Shown: one piece after another, positions 16,950-26,869 of the stretch
How positions within the stretch are numbered: the first letter of the stretch is position 1
How the letters are laid out: the number at the start of each line of letters is the position of its first letter
Source: Bacillota bacterium
Lineage (GTDB): Bacteria; Bacillota; JAAYKD01
Assembly: GCA_036744005.1 (NCBI GenBank)
Contig: DAINOJ010000011.1
Span: 4,282 to 68,281 of the forward strand
Length of the DNA stretch: 64,000 nucleotides
Direction of reading: 5' to 3'
The notes under the pieces: generated by a model
Databases searched by the model: none
The model's input: the letters and a program-made list of their open reading frames with translations, nothing else
Told to the model about the DNA's origin: nothing
Position numbers and translations under genes: made by a program

Positions 16950-19361
16950 TTAGTTGTTGTTATTTCCTTTGCAGAAACCTCGAATTTCTTGTATGGTGGC
17001 AAACGTTTGCTCAGTATGACCTTTGTCCACAACAACCAAGGAAGGTGCTGCTTGCACATGGAAGGTTTCGGCCATATCCGGTTTTTCAAAGGCATCAATG
17101 ACTTGATACTGAATGCCTGCTTCATCCAACATACGCTTCGCTGTTTTGCAGTTAGGACAAGTCGGTGTTACGAAAAGGAAGATTCCTTCTAGGGGCTCGA
17201 CTTCACTGACGGTCACCACTTTGGCTTGCATTGTAGGAACTTGAACTGCGCTTTTTCTGAGAACCACATGCTGAATCTCACGATTTGCTTTCTCTTGTTG
17301 GTATTCCACACGATCTTTAAATTCTTGTGCCTTCCCTTCGTTCCAATTCTGTACCGGACGATAGTAACCGGTAATGCGGCTGTAGACTTCTGCATCACTG
17401 CCACATTGCGGACATTGGAAATGTTCTCCGGTGAGGTATCCATGTTCCGGACAAATCGAATAAGTAGGTGACATGGTATAGTAGGGTAAGCTATAATTTT
17501 CGGCAATTTTTCGCACTAGGGTTGCAGTACTCTTCCAATCGGGTAATTTCTCACCCAAGAAAGCATGGAATACCGTGCCCGAGGTATAAAGCGTTTGTAA
17601 ATCATCTTGAATATCGAGAGCAGAAAAAATATCATCCGTAAATCCTACGGGTAAATGGGAGCTGTTGGTATAATAAGGAGTACCATTTTGGTTTGCTGTC
17701 TTGATGCTGGGGTATTTTTCAACATCATGTTTCGCCAAGCGATAGGTTGTCGATTCAGCTGGAGTTGCTTCCAAGTTAAACAAGCAACCATATTGCTCTT
17801 GATACATACTCAGCCGATCGCGCATATAATTCAGGACTTCTTTTGTAAATTCCTGGGTTCGTGGATCGGTCAACCCTTTACCCAACCAATTTGCATTCAA
17901 CCCCACTTCGTTCATACCAATGATGCCAATGGTCGAGAAATGGTTGTCCAAGGTACCCAAATAATGCTTGGTATAGGGATAAAGTCCCGCATGTAATAAT
18001 TGAGTAATGACTTTCCGTTTGGTATCGAGGGACCTCGCCGAAATGTCCATTTGTCGGTTCAATCGAGCAAAGAAATCGGCTTTGTCTGCGGATAAGTAGG
18101 CAATCTTCGGCATATTGATGGTGACAACTCCAATAGACCCTGTACTCTCTCCGCTTCCAAAGAACCCACCGGCTTTTTTACGCAGTTCCCGTAAATCCAG
18201 ACGTAACCGGCAACACATGGAACGGACATCATTGGGTTCCATATCGCTGTTGATGTAATTAGAAAAATACGGAGTGCCATATTTTGCCGTCATTTCAAAG
18301 AGTAAACGATTGTTTTCGGTATCGCTCCAGTCAAAATCCTTGGTAATCGAGTACGTTGGAATGGGATATTGGAAACCTCTACCATCGGCATCCCCGCCCA
18401 GCATGATTTTGATGAAGGCTCGATTGATGATGTCCATTTCGGCTTGACAATCACCGTAGGTAAAGTCCATTTCTTTTCCCCCGACAATGGCAGGCTGATT
18501 GGCCAAATCGGGTGGTACAACCCAGTCTAGGGTGATGTTGGAGAAGGGAGCTTGTGTTCCCCAGCGACTGGGGGTGTTCACACCAAAAATAAAGGATTCA
18601 ATGCTCTTCTCTACTTGATCATAGGTGAGATTGTCCACTTTGACAAAGGGTGCTAAATAGGTATCAAACGAAGAAAACGCTTGTGCACCGGCCCATTCGT
18701 TTTGCATGATGCCTAAGAAATTAACCATTTGGTTGCACAATGTGGCCAAATGCTTCGCCGGTGAAGAAGTAATCTTGCCGGAGATTCCTCCCAAGCCTTC
18801 TTGAATGAGCTGACGCAAAGACCAACCGGCACAATACCCGGTTAACATGGATAAATCATGTAAGTGCAAGTCACAGTTTCTATGGGCTTCGGCAATTTCC
18901 GGATCATAGATTTCGCTGAGCCAGTAGTTGGCAGTTATCGCACCGGAGTTACTGAGGATTAAACCACCAACCGAATACGTCACGGTTGAATTTTCTTTGA
19001 CTCGCCAGTCGCTCACTTTTACGTAGCTATCGACAATTTTCTTATAATCCAAGAGGGTGGATTTGACTTGGCGCAAGCTCTCGTGCTGTTTGCGATACAA
19101 AATATAGGCACGTGCTACGTCGGCATAACCTGCTTGAATGAGGATACGCTCCACGCTATCTTGAATGTCTTCCACCTGAATGAATCCATCTTTGATTTTG
19201 GGAGCAAAATCGGCAGTCACTTTTAAGGCCATGAAATCCACTACATTACGGTCGTAAGGGGTTTGCTTTGCTTCAAATGCTTTAATCATAGCATTGGAAA
19301 TCTTCTCCAAGTTAAATTCAACGATTTGTCCGTCGCGCTTCATCACACGGTACATCTTCAT
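16950..19361 (-). CDS. nrdD: anaerobic ribonucleoside-triphosphate reductase (class III, NrdD) with C-terminal thioredoxin-fold extension
   Basis: 803 aa. ATP-cone-like N-terminus, C-terminal Zn ribbon CPEHG...CPQCG and glycyl-radical motif RITGYYRP, then an extra ~75-aa CPNC thioredoxin-like tail (residues ~730-803). Confidence 0.9.
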   Translation of the reverse strand: MKMYRVMKRDGQIVEFNLEKISNAMIKAFEAKQTPYDRNVVDFMALKVTADFAPKIKDGFIQVEDIQDSVERILIQAGYADVARAYILYRKQHESLRQVKSTLLDYKKIVDSYVKVSDWRVKENSTVTYSVGGLILSNSGAITANYWLSEIYDPEIAEAHRNCDLHLHDLSMLTGYCAGWSLRQLIQEGLGGISGKITSSPAKHLATLCNQMVNFLGIMQNEWAGAQAFSSFDTYLAPFVKVDNLTYDQVEKSIESFIFGVNTPSRWGTQAPFSNITLDWVVPPDLANQPAIVGGKEMDFTYGDCQAEMDIINRAFIKIMLGGDADGRGFQYPIPTYSITKDFDWSDTENNRLLFEMTAKYGTPYFSNYINSDMEPNDVRSMCCRLRLDLRELRKKAGGFFGSGESTGSIGVVTINMPKIAYLSADKADFFARLNRQMDISARSLDTKRKVITQLLHAGLYPYTKHYLGTLDNHFSTIGIIGMNEVGLNANWLGKGLTDPRTQEFTKEVLNYMRDRLSMYQEQYGCLFNLEATPAESTTYRLAKHDVEKYPSIKTANQNGTPYYTNSSHLPVGFTDDIFSALDIQDDLQTLYTSGTVFHAFLGEKLPDWKSTATLVRKIAENYSLPYYTMSPTYSICPEHGYLTGEHFQCPQCGSDAEVYSRITGYYRPVQNWNEGKAQEFKDRVEYQQEKANREIQHVVLRKSAVQVPTMQAKVVTVSEVEPLEGIFLFVTPTCPNCKTAKRMLDEAGIQYQVIDAFEKPDMAETFHVQAAPSLVVVDKGHTEQTFATIQEIRGFCKGNNNN

Positions 19362-19392
19362 CCATCCTTTTCATTTTAATGTTGTTGTTTTA

Positions 19393-20085
19393 TTATTCTC
19401 CGCGCAACGTTGTGCCCGGTATGTTTTCTTTGAGAAGAGCTACAAAGCTTTTCATCTCTTCTTCATGGTAAGCATGAAGCCCGTTGGTCATGACGGTGGG
19501 CCCATCACGAAACGTTTGTAATATCAGAGGTGAATCACCTAGCTGCCAGTCCAGGTAGTCTTTTATTTGTTCTTTGGGATGAAGCTCACGTACCAATGTG
19601 GTACGAAACTCGTGAGGGACATCACTCTCGCGCAGGATTTGAATGCTTTCGCGAATGTGATTGATGTCTATTTTCGAAAGTCCGCAGGTTTCAGCATAAT
19701 TCTCGGGGATATTTTTTATGTCCATGGCTACGTAATCCACTAAGTTTTGTTGAGTCAATGTACGTAAAACATCGGGGTGGTAGCCATTGGTATCGAGTTT
19801 GATTTTGTAGGGTAAGGTTCGTAGTTCTCTCAGAAAGGTCTCTAATTCTCTTTGCAAGGTGGGTTCACCACCACTGATGACGACGGCTTCCAATAACCCT
19901 TTTCTCTTCTCTAAAAAGCGAAAAACTTCTTGCACATCCAGTTCTCCGTGCCTGGCATCGGCGGTTGCCAACTCGGCATTGTGACAAAAGGGACAGCGAA
20001 ACTGGCAACCAGGAGTGAACAACACACAGGCCAATTTGCCGGGATAGTCTTGTAAACTCAGTTTAATCCACCCGGAGATTTGCAC
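19393..20085 (-). CDS. nrdG: anaerobic ribonucleotide reductase activating protein (radical SAM, NrdG)
   Basis: CPFCHN radical-SAM cluster motif. Start preferred at GTG 20085 (GGGAGGG ribosome-binding site 6 nt upstream) rather than the ATG at 20103, which lies inside the NrdR box. Confidence 0.85.
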   Translation of the reverse strand: MQISGWIKLSLQDYPGKLACVLFTPGCQFRCPFCHNAELATADARHGELDVQEVFRFLEKRKGLLEAVVISGGEPTLQRELETFLRELRTLPYKIKLDTNGYHPDVLRTLTQQNLVDYVAMDIKNIPENYAETCGLSKIDINHIRESIQILRESDVPHEFRTTLVRELHPKEQIKDYLDWQLGDSPLILQTFRDGPTVMTNGLHAYHEEEMKSFVALLKENIPGTTLRGE

Positions 20086-20099
20086 CGCTATCCCTCCCA

Positions 20100-20115
20100 A
20101 CACTATATATTGTGT
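20100..20115. promoter_or_regulatory. NrdR box (operator for the ATP-cone repressor NrdR)
   Basis: ACACTATATATTGTGT matches the 16-bp palindromic NrdR-box consensus acaCwAtATaTwGtgt at every position. It sits immediately downstream of the promoter -10. Confidence 0.55.
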
Positions 20116-20120
20116 TTCTT

Positions 20121-20149
20121 ATTATATTCCTCATACTAGATGTTGTCAA
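20121..20149 (-). promoter_or_regulatory. consensus sigma-A promoter for nrdG-nrdD
   Basis: Minus-strand TTGACA (20149-20144) - 17 nt - TATAAT (20126-20121): perfect hexamers. Confidence 0.55.
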
Positions 20150-20170
20150 TAGAAGTTTCTACCAGAATAA

Positions 20171-20220
20171 GACTTTTTTTTACGAAAAAAGCAAAAGTGC
20201 TAACGAGTCGCACTTTTGCT
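20171..20220 (-). terminator. intrinsic terminator after HD-domain gene
   Basis: GCAAAAGTGC-taacgagtc-GCACTTTTGC hairpin, then a U8 run on the minus strand. Confidence 0.55.
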
Positions 20221-20267
20221 TAAAATATATCACATAGTTAAATTTCTTTCGCTTCCAATCAAGGATA

Positions 20268-20762
20268 TTAATCCTTACCCAAAAGATGTTTCAGTATTTG
20301 CCAACCACTTGCGGTCTTAAAGAATTTTTCGGCACCCGCCCACACTTCTTCAGCAGGGGTTTTCCGGTCGATAGCATTGACCAAATAATCGGCTTCCAGT
20401 AAGATTTGATAATCCATGCCCACGACATTTGTGGTTTCATGATGATGGGCGATTAGCCATTCGATTCTCTCTATAAATGCCGAGTCGCACGGTAGGTTCG
20501 CCAGGATGGCCCTGGCTTCTGCCGGTCCTTCCAGTTGTTGATACTGCCAAGCACTGCTGTTATATTTTTGCATGCTGACCTTGATGCCAATATCATGCAT
20601 TAGTGCTACCACCTCAATAACACGTAAGGTGTCATGATCCACTTGCTCTGCATTAGCAATTGTTTTTGCATACCCGTAGACCCGCAGAAAATGGTTGATT
20701 CGATGGGCATTGCCATGTTCGTGCTGCAGCATGGCTAAAGTCACTTGAGTCACTATATTCAT
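20268..20762 (-). CDS. HD-domain metal-dependent phosphohydrolase
   Basis: HxxxLRV...ALMHDIG HD motif. 164 aa. Confidence 0.75.
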   Translation of the reverse strand: MNIVTQVTLAMLQHEHGNAHRINHFLRVYGYAKTIANAEQVDHDTLRVIEVVALMHDIGIKVSMQKYNSSAWQYQQLEGPAEARAILANLPCDSAFIERIEWLIAHHHETTNVVGMDYQILLEADYLVNAIDRKTPAEEVWAGAEKFFKTASGWQILKHLLGKD

Positions 20763-20787
20763 TGTTGTCCTCCTTGCATTTTCCTAG

Positions 20788-22032
20788 TTATTGAATTGTC
20801 CACAAAGGGCGTACATTCCTGCCAGCACTTTGCATATTTACCCCAAACAGAGCTGCAATGCTAGGAGCAATATCCACCATGTCCATGTTTCCCAACGTTA
20901 GCGAAGCCTGTATATCGGCCCCTGAGACGAGGAGGTTTGAAGTATAGCTCTCTATCTCTTTGGAGTATCCGTGGGTAGCTCCTTGGGTTTTCGCACTCCA
21001 TGAGGTATTCAATGCGGGGTTCTCCCAATCATCATCGAAGCAAAATCCAGGATTCGCTTCCACAAAAAATCGTCCATTTACGCGTAAGGTCCGCCTGAAA
21101 CAATCCCCCACATCTTTTGAGACTATCGCTAGTTTTCGCTCGATCATTTCAAGAAGTCCTGCTTCTTCGGGAGAAATGTGCAAATACGCTCCACCACCGG
21201 TACTTTGGAACCAAGCTCGAAACGTTCGGTTTTCTACATTCAAATACCCCTGATCACGCAGCCAGCGATTCAAAAACACTTTCGTATGCAGATTGATTTG
21301 ACTATGGTCTCCTACCACCACAAAAGCCGTTTCGTCCCATTTTCCACTTTCCTTAACCGCCCGAACGATTCGGCCCAGATGCTCATCGGTATGATGCATC
21401 GCTTCTCTCACTTGAGGAGAGTTCGTTCCATAATGGTGCTTCATTTCGTCCAACTCAATCCAATGAACCAACATCAAATGAGGTTGTTTCTTGCGAAATG
21501 TGTAAGCTGCGGCCTCTGCCGTAAAGTGATCCAATTGTGGCTGTTCACTTCCTTTTCGCAAGGAACCAAAACGCATCTCTAATTCCAAACAATACATAGG
21601 ACTACCATAACGCAACACTTTCCAAACTTGATTCTCTTTACCTATGGCACGTACTTCTGGTAGATGATAACGAATGTTTGCCCCGGCAGTCACCGGCCAG
21701 AGCAAGGCCGCTGTAGTCATGCGATGCTGTTGAAGCAAATCATAAAGTGTTGGTTTGCGAATTTGCTGTGAAAACCAAAACCATGCCTGGTCTTTTTCTC
21801 GGACAAAAGGTTGGAAAGGATTGTTATGCGCAATACCGTGCTCTTCTGGCTCGTAACCGGTTACCATGGTGGTGTGTGCTGCATAGGTTAAGCTGGGAGT
21901 CACACTCCGGAGTTGGTTTGTATATGTCCCTCTTTGTAGTAAAAGTGCCATATGAGGAAGAGAAGCCGCCAAAGACCAATCTTCGGCGGCAAAAGCATCA
22001 TAGGATATCACAATGACATGTTTATAGTTCAT
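20788..22032 (-). CDS. alkaline-phosphatase-superfamily nucleotide pyrophosphatase/phosphodiesterase (NPP-like)
   Basis: N-terminal VIVISYDAF metal-site motif and GDHS-type second metal site (VVGDHSQ). Confidence 0.7.
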   Translation of the reverse strand: MNYKHVIVISYDAFAAEDWSLAASLPHMALLLQRGTYTNQLRSVTPSLTYAAHTTMVTGYEPEEHGIAHNNPFQPFVREKDQAWFWFSQQIRKPTLYDLLQQHRMTTAALLWPVTAGANIRYHLPEVRAIGKENQVWKVLRYGSPMYCLELEMRFGSLRKGSEQPQLDHFTAEAAAYTFRKKQPHLMLVHWIELDEMKHHYGTNSPQVREAMHHTDEHLGRIVRAVKESGKWDETAFVVVGDHSQINLHTKVFLNRWLRDQGYLNVENRTFRAWFQSTGGGAYLHISPEEAGLLEMIERKLAIVSKDVGDCFRRTLRVNGRFFVEANPGFCFDDDWENPALNTSWSAKTQGATHGYSKEIESYTSNLLVSGADIQASLTLGNMDMVDIAPSIAALFGVNMQSAGRNVRPLWTIQ

Positions 22033-22035
22033 CTC

Positions 22036-23289
22036 TTATGCCTCAACTGTATTTGTGGATCTGGACTCTACTTTCGGTAAGGTGAGGAAGATGAAGAAAC
22101 CAATGATGAACAGCGGAATAATCGCCAATATACTTAATTTGGGGTTCCCGGTTAAGGTAGATGTTAACGCCATGACTCCGGGGCCAACAATCGCAGCAAA
22201 TTTCCCGAAAATGTTGTAAAAGCCAAAGAATTCGTTCGACTGTTCCTTAGGTACCAACTTCGCATAATAAGATCGGCTTAAAGCCTGAATACCGCCTTGT
22301 GCAGAGCCTACCAACGCTCCCAAAACAAAGATGTGCCATACGGAAGAGATGAAATAGGCAGCAATACAAGCAACAATGTAGGTAAAAATCCCTACAATAA
22401 TCATGAGTCGGGCCGAGTATTTTTTGGCCAGTCTGCCATACAAAATGGCAAATGGGAAAGCGATGATCTGTATCACTAGTAAAATGCCTAACAGAGTAAA
22501 AGTATCGAGTGCATTCGCCCCTAAAACAGTAGTGGCATAGGGTACGACCATTTTGATGATGGTATCTACACCGTCGATGTAAAAGAAATAGGCGAGTAAG
22601 AAAATGAACACACTTCTGTGTTTCCGTATGTTGCGAAAGGTTTCGGCCAAGCGTTTAAAGCTGTTTAATACCGGTTGTGGTTCCGGCTCGATGTAATGGC
22701 GTTGTTTCACATCACGAATCATCGGGATGGTCAGCAAGCCCCACCATAAAGCGGTTACGATAAATCCCACCTGATAGCCAATGGCTTTGTCCATGCCTAA
22801 AACAAAGATGAGAGCCAGACTTAACCCAAATGGAATGATACTGGCGATATATCCAAAAGCAAAGCCACTCGTTGAGACTCGATCCATACGTTCATCATCG
22901 GTGACGTCGACCAAGAAAGAATCGTAGAAAATGTTTGCACCGGCAAATCCAAGTGCCGATAAAACATAGAACAGGACCAGAAGCTGCCACTGCCCACTGG
23001 AAGGAGAAATAAACGCTAAAGCGGTGGTAGCCAAAATCCCAAGCAAGGCAAAAAAGGTAAAGAATCGTTTCTTAAAGTCCTTATAATCTGCGATGGTACC
23101 CAAAACTGGGCTTAATGTGGCAATGAGGATGCTTGCCAAAGAGTTGAAATAGCCCAAGTCCATACTGCTTCCCACATTCTCAAACATGCCGAAAATAATG
23201 GGCAGAAGTGCTGTTGTGACCGCCATGGAATACGCTGAGTTTCCACAATCGTATAATACCCAGGAACGCTCTTCTTTGGTCAGTTTCAT
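22036..23289 (-). CDS. MFS transporter
   Basis: 417 aa with 12 predicted TMs and MFS-like loop motifs. Confidence 0.8.
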   Translation of the reverse strand: MKLTKEERSWVLYDCGNSAYSMAVTTALLPIIFGMFENVGSSMDLGYFNSLASILIATLSPVLGTIADYKDFKKRFFTFFALLGILATTALAFISPSSGQWQLLVLFYVLSALGFAGANIFYDSFLVDVTDDERMDRVSTSGFAFGYIASIIPFGLSLALIFVLGMDKAIGYQVGFIVTALWWGLLTIPMIRDVKQRHYIEPEPQPVLNSFKRLAETFRNIRKHRSVFIFLLAYFFYIDGVDTIIKMVVPYATTVLGANALDTFTLLGILLVIQIIAFPFAILYGRLAKKYSARLMIIVGIFTYIVACIAAYFISSVWHIFVLGALVGSAQGGIQALSRSYYAKLVPKEQSNEFFGFYNIFGKFAAIVGPGVMALTSTLTGNPKLSILAIIPLFIIGFFIFLTLPKVESRSTNTVEA

Positions 23290-23356
23290 GTTTGTACTTC
23301 CTTTCGTGAAGCTTTTCTCGCTGTATCAATTCTTGAAAGCCACGAAAATACCTTTT

Positions 23357-24100
23357 TTATCGTTCACGAAATCTAGCCAAAAATTCTTGGGTTTCCAATC
23401 TGCTGGGTTTCTCGAAGATTTGCTCTGGGCTTCCCTCTTCCCAAATCACACCATCTTTCATGAAAACGACTTGGCTTGAGACATCTCTGGCAAAAGCCAT
23501 CTCATGAGTGACCACCAACATGGTCAGCCCTTCGGATGCCAACGTGCGCATAACCGTTAAGACTTCACCGACCATTTGTGGGTCCAGTGCCGAAGTTGGT
23601 TCATCGAACAAGAGTATTTCGGGTTCCATGGCCAGAGCACGGGCTATGGCCACACGTTGCTTCTGACCCCCGCTCAATTGCTTGGGTTTGGCATGTATAA
23701 AGGGAGCCATTCCCACTTTCTGCAAATAGAACATCGCCCGTTCCGTCGCTTCTTTCTCTTTGACTTTCAGTACCAGTTCCGGTCCAACCGTGCAGTTCTT
23801 CAACGCAGTCATATGAGAAAAGAGATTGAAGTTTTGAAAAACCATACCCACCTTGGCACGATAGGCGGCAACCGGTGTGGTGTGCTGTAATATATTGTTT
23901 CCATGAAATAAAATATCACCACTGTTGGGTGTCTCTAGAAGATTGATGCAACGCAACAGGGTCGATTTCCCGGAACCGGAGGAACCTATGATGCTGATGA
24001 CATCTCCCGATGATACTCGAAAGTCAATGTCTTTGAGAACAACGTTTTGACCAAACACCTTGCTCAAATGATGGATTTCCAAAATAGGTGATATATTCAA
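23357..24100 (-). CDS. polar amino acid ABC transporter ATP-binding protein
   Basis: Walker [10 protein letters not shown], signature LSGGQKQR, Walker [12 protein letters not shown]. Confidence 0.9.
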   Translation of the reverse strand: MNISPILEIHHLSKVFGQNVVLKDIDFRVSSGDVISIIGSSGSGKSTLLRCINLLETPNSGDILFHGNNILQHTTPVAAYRAKVGMVFQNFNLFSHMTALKNCTVGPELVLKVKEKEATERAMFYLQKVGMAPFIHAKPKQLSGGQKQRVAIARALAMEPEILLFDEPTSALDPQMVGEVLTVMRTLASEGLTMLVVTHEMAFARDVSSQVVFMKDGVIWEEGSPEQIFEKPSRLETQEFLARFRER

Positions 24101-24888
24101 TCTCGAGGAACCTCCTTTCTGGGACGATAACTGTATAAGCCACTGGTATGTGCCAAAGTATCGGTCGTGGCCAAATCATAAGAGTTTTCTCCATCCAACT
24201 TGGTTTCCAACCAACGCAACAATCGAGAAGCAGTAAGTGTCATGGTGAGGTAAATCACCATGACAATCGTCGCGGACTCAAAATACAAGTATAACGACCC
24301 TACCACACTTTTATGAACAAAGAATAGATCAGTAATACTAATCACAGACAAGACTGAGGTGTCTTTAATATTAATAATGAAATTGTTTCCAATTTGCGGA
24401 ATGATGTTACGAAAGGCCTGGGGCAGAATCACATGCAACATGGCCTGCCGGTGATTCATCCCTATCGCTTTGGCCCCTTCGCTCTGCCCGGAATCAATGG
24501 AGAGTATGCCACCCCGTACCGTCTCAGCCATGTACGCTCCGGTGTTAATAGAAACAATGAAGAACGCAGCAGTCCACATATCCATTGAAAGGTTAAAGGC
24601 AATTCTAGCTCCGTAATAAATAAATACGGATTGCACAATCATCGGAGTGCCTCGGAACAACTCCACATAACTGGTCAAGAAAAGATTCATCGCCTTCAAG
24701 GAAAAGCGTTTCAGCCAAGAATCTTTGGGATGGACCGGTATAGTTTGGATCACTCCTACAGCAAACCCAATGACACAGCCGAAAAAGGTTCCGACCAGCG
24801 AAATGAGCAAGGTATTCCTTGCACCCATCATATATGAGCTACCGTATTTCGTCCAGCTCTTCACGATTCCTAACCAAAATTGTGACAT
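24097..24888 (-). CDS. polar amino acid ABC transporter permease
   Basis: EAA-like permease loop. 4-nt overlap with the ATPase gene. Confidence 0.85.
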   Translation of the reverse strand: MSQFWLGIVKSWTKYGSSYMMGARNTLLISLVGTFFGCVIGFAVGVIQTIPVHPKDSWLKRFSLKAMNLFLTSYVELFRGTPMIVQSVFIYYGARIAFNLSMDMWTAAFFIVSINTGAYMAETVRGGILSIDSGQSEGAKAIGMNHRQAMLHVILPQAFRNIIPQIGNNFIINIKDTSVLSVISITDLFFVHKSVVGSLYLYFESATIVMVIYLTMTLTASRLLRWLETKLDGENSYDLATTDTLAHTSGLYSYRPRKEVPRD

Positions 24889-24915
24889 GGGATTACTCCT
24901 TACTTTTTCTTATGT

Positions 24916-25758
24916 TTATTCAGACAAAGGTTGAATGGCGATGGCAGCATCCATCATCTCTTCAAAATCCTCAACCGTTAATTCTGATAGGACACCATTG
25001 ATGACTTCCAATAACTGTGTATTGCCTTTTTTAACAGAAATTCCTAAATTGACTTCTTCTTCCGATACTTCGAAATCATCTTCTGTTCCGGTAAAATCGA
25101 GAATGACTAAGTTTTCGTTCACCTGAACCGCAGCCATGGCTGTGGGTAAGTCACAAACGACGTAATCCACCGCCTTGGAGTTCAAAGCGACTAACATGGA
25201 AGGAGCGGATTCCTGTGCGGGTAAAATGTTGGCATTTTCGATTTGCGGCAAACATACATCATACCAGACGGTACCCAACTGCGAAGTAGCGGTTCCCCCG
25301 GCTAAATCGGACAGCCCTTTGGCTTTCGCATAAATGCTGTCTTTATTGGTTAAGGTGACAATGGAAGCATAGTAATAGGGATCTGAAAAATCCACTTGCT
25401 CTAACCGCTCCGCAGTGATGGATTGTCCTGCAATGACAGCATCCACTTCACCCGATTGCAGGGCCGGAATCAAAGAATCCCAATCCAAGCGCACTATTTG
25501 TAATTGGTACCCACCTGCTTCGGCTATGAGTTTAGCCATGGAAACGTCGTAGCCGTTGGCAAAATTTTTGCTGTCAGCGATGGCTACCGCACCATTGGCA
25601 TCATTCTCTTGACTCCAATTGTAAGGAGCATAACCACATTCCATGGCAACGCGCAAAGTTTTCACCTGTGGTTGAGGAGCGGCCGGAGCCGGTGTGTTGC
25701 AAGCAGACAATGTTAGAACAAGGAGAACCATCAGGAGTAATGCAGAAATCTTTTTCAT
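24916..25758 (-). CDS. amino acid ABC transporter substrate-binding lipoprotein
   Basis: Start set at MKKISALLLM (ATG 25758, AAAGGATGA ribosome-binding site). Lipobox LTLSAC. SBP_bac_3-like fold. Confidence 0.85.
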   Translation of the reverse strand: MKKISALLLMVLLVLTLSACNTPAPAAPQPQVKTLRVAMECGYAPYNWSQENDANGAVAIADSKNFANGYDVSMAKLIAEAGGYQLQIVRLDWDSLIPALQSGEVDAVIAGQSITAERLEQVDFSDPYYYASIVTLTNKDSIYAKAKGLSDLAGGTATSQLGTVWYDVCLPQIENANILPAQESAPSMLVALNSKAVDYVVCDLPTAMAAVQVNENLVILDFTGTEDDFEVSEEEVNLGISVKKGNTQLLEVINGVLSELTVEDFEEMMDAAIAIQPLSE

Positions 25759-25759
25759 G

Positions 25760-26070
25760 GGAATCATCCTTTCATTTTCACAAAAAAACAAGAGCTTTTC
25801 ACGAATGAAAAGCTCCATAAAATCGTACGAGGACACGGTACGATCATCATGATAGCTCTCCACCTTAGTGACAGTCCACAGCATATTCTGCTGAAGCCCA
25901 GCTTTACTCGTTCAGGCAAACAGGAGTAAAACTTCGGCGAAGCTCCCCTTTCATCCACACCAATGCACTGTTGTTGTGTCGGATTACTCTTGGTCTTCGC
26001 TCCTCTATCTCATGTATTTTGTTGTATTAGGTGTTACGATAGCACAATAATACTACCCTGTCAAGGTTCT
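25760..26070 (-). promoter_or_regulatory. long structured 5' leader with terminator/attenuator upstream of the amino-acid ABC operon (class unassigned)
   Basis: Minus-strand TTGACA-17-TATCGT promoter near 26060. About 250-nt leader ending in GAGCTTTTCA-ttcg-TGAAAAGCTC hairpin plus a U7 run (25786-25815) immediately before the ribosome-binding site. Confidence 0.35.
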
Positions 26071-26246
26071 TTTTCAATGATTTACGCAGGGATTTGTCGA
26101 TTTGGCGAACGAACGCCAAAAAAGCTCCGATGCTTTCAATAACGACAATGAACATCATAAAGAAATCCTTGAGTTTATGCCGGTTCAGTGATAACATATG
26201 CCTCTGTGTGACAAATACAGAACATGAGAAAGGACATCATTTCAAC

Positions 26247-26810
26247 ATGGCAACTTCATCCCAAACAAACAATATTGCAAATCCTGCCCCTCTCGGTCTG
26301 CTTGGTTTCGGCATGACCACTGTTCTCTTAAACATCCACAATGCCGGTTTCACTCCCTTATCCATAGTGATTCTAGCAATGGGATTTGCGTTAGGTGGAG
26401 CAGCTCAAATCATCGCCGGTATTATGGAATTTAAAAAGAACAACACCTTTGGTGCGACCGCATTTACGGCCTATGGCTTCTTCTGGTGGTCTCTGATTAT
26501 GATTTGGATCAAACCCTTTCCAGGCATCGAATCCGCTGACCCCTTGAGTATGGGTTGGTATTTAGCTCTCTGGGGAATCTTTACTTTTTTCATGTTCATC
26601 GGGACGTTGAAGCATAATCGTGCAACGCAAGTGGTTTTCGGAAGTTTAACTGCTCTGTTCTTCTTTCTGGCTGCTGCAAACTTTACCGGCTCCCACCCTG
26701 TTCATACGTTTGCCGGTTATGTTGGTATTTTCTGTGGTTCATCCGCTCTCTACAATTCATTTGCTCAAATCATCAACAACGAATTTGGTAAAAAGATTCT
26801 TCCCTTATAA
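26247..26810 (+). CDS. GPR1/FUN34/YaaH (SatP) family acetate/succinate channel
   Basis: NPAPLGLLGFGMTT signature. Start at ATG 26247 (MATSSQ), because the upstream 51 codons lack family similarity. Confidence 0.8.
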   Translation: MATSSQTNNIANPAPLGLLGFGMTTVLLNIHNAGFTPLSIVILAMGFALGGAAQIIAGIMEFKKNNTFGATAFTAYGFFWWSLIMIWIKPFPGIESADPLSMGWYLALWGIFTFFMFIGTLKHNRATQVVFGSLTALFFFLAAANFTGSHPVHTFAGYVGIFCGSSALYNSFAQIINNEFGKKILPL

Positions 26811-26826
26811 AATATAAAACATTAGC

Positions 26827-26869
26827 AAAACGGTTCTCGCGATATCTACTTTCGCTGAGAACCGTTTTT
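26827..26869. terminator. bidirectional intrinsic terminator
   Basis: AACGGTTCTC ... GAGAACCGTT stem flanked by A4 and T5 runs, between convergent genes. Confidence 0.55.

Noticed and set aside
20116-20267. Second (tandem) NrdR box
   Set aside because: Only weak AT-rich near-matches (e.g. AAAATATATCACATAG) without palindromic ends. Not called.
25759-26070. T-box riboswitch assignment for the amino-acid ABC leader
   Set aside because: Could not find the canonical AAUUAGGGUGGNACCGCG T-box sequence. Only a partial AAGGUGG match is present. Reported as an unclassified attenuator instead.
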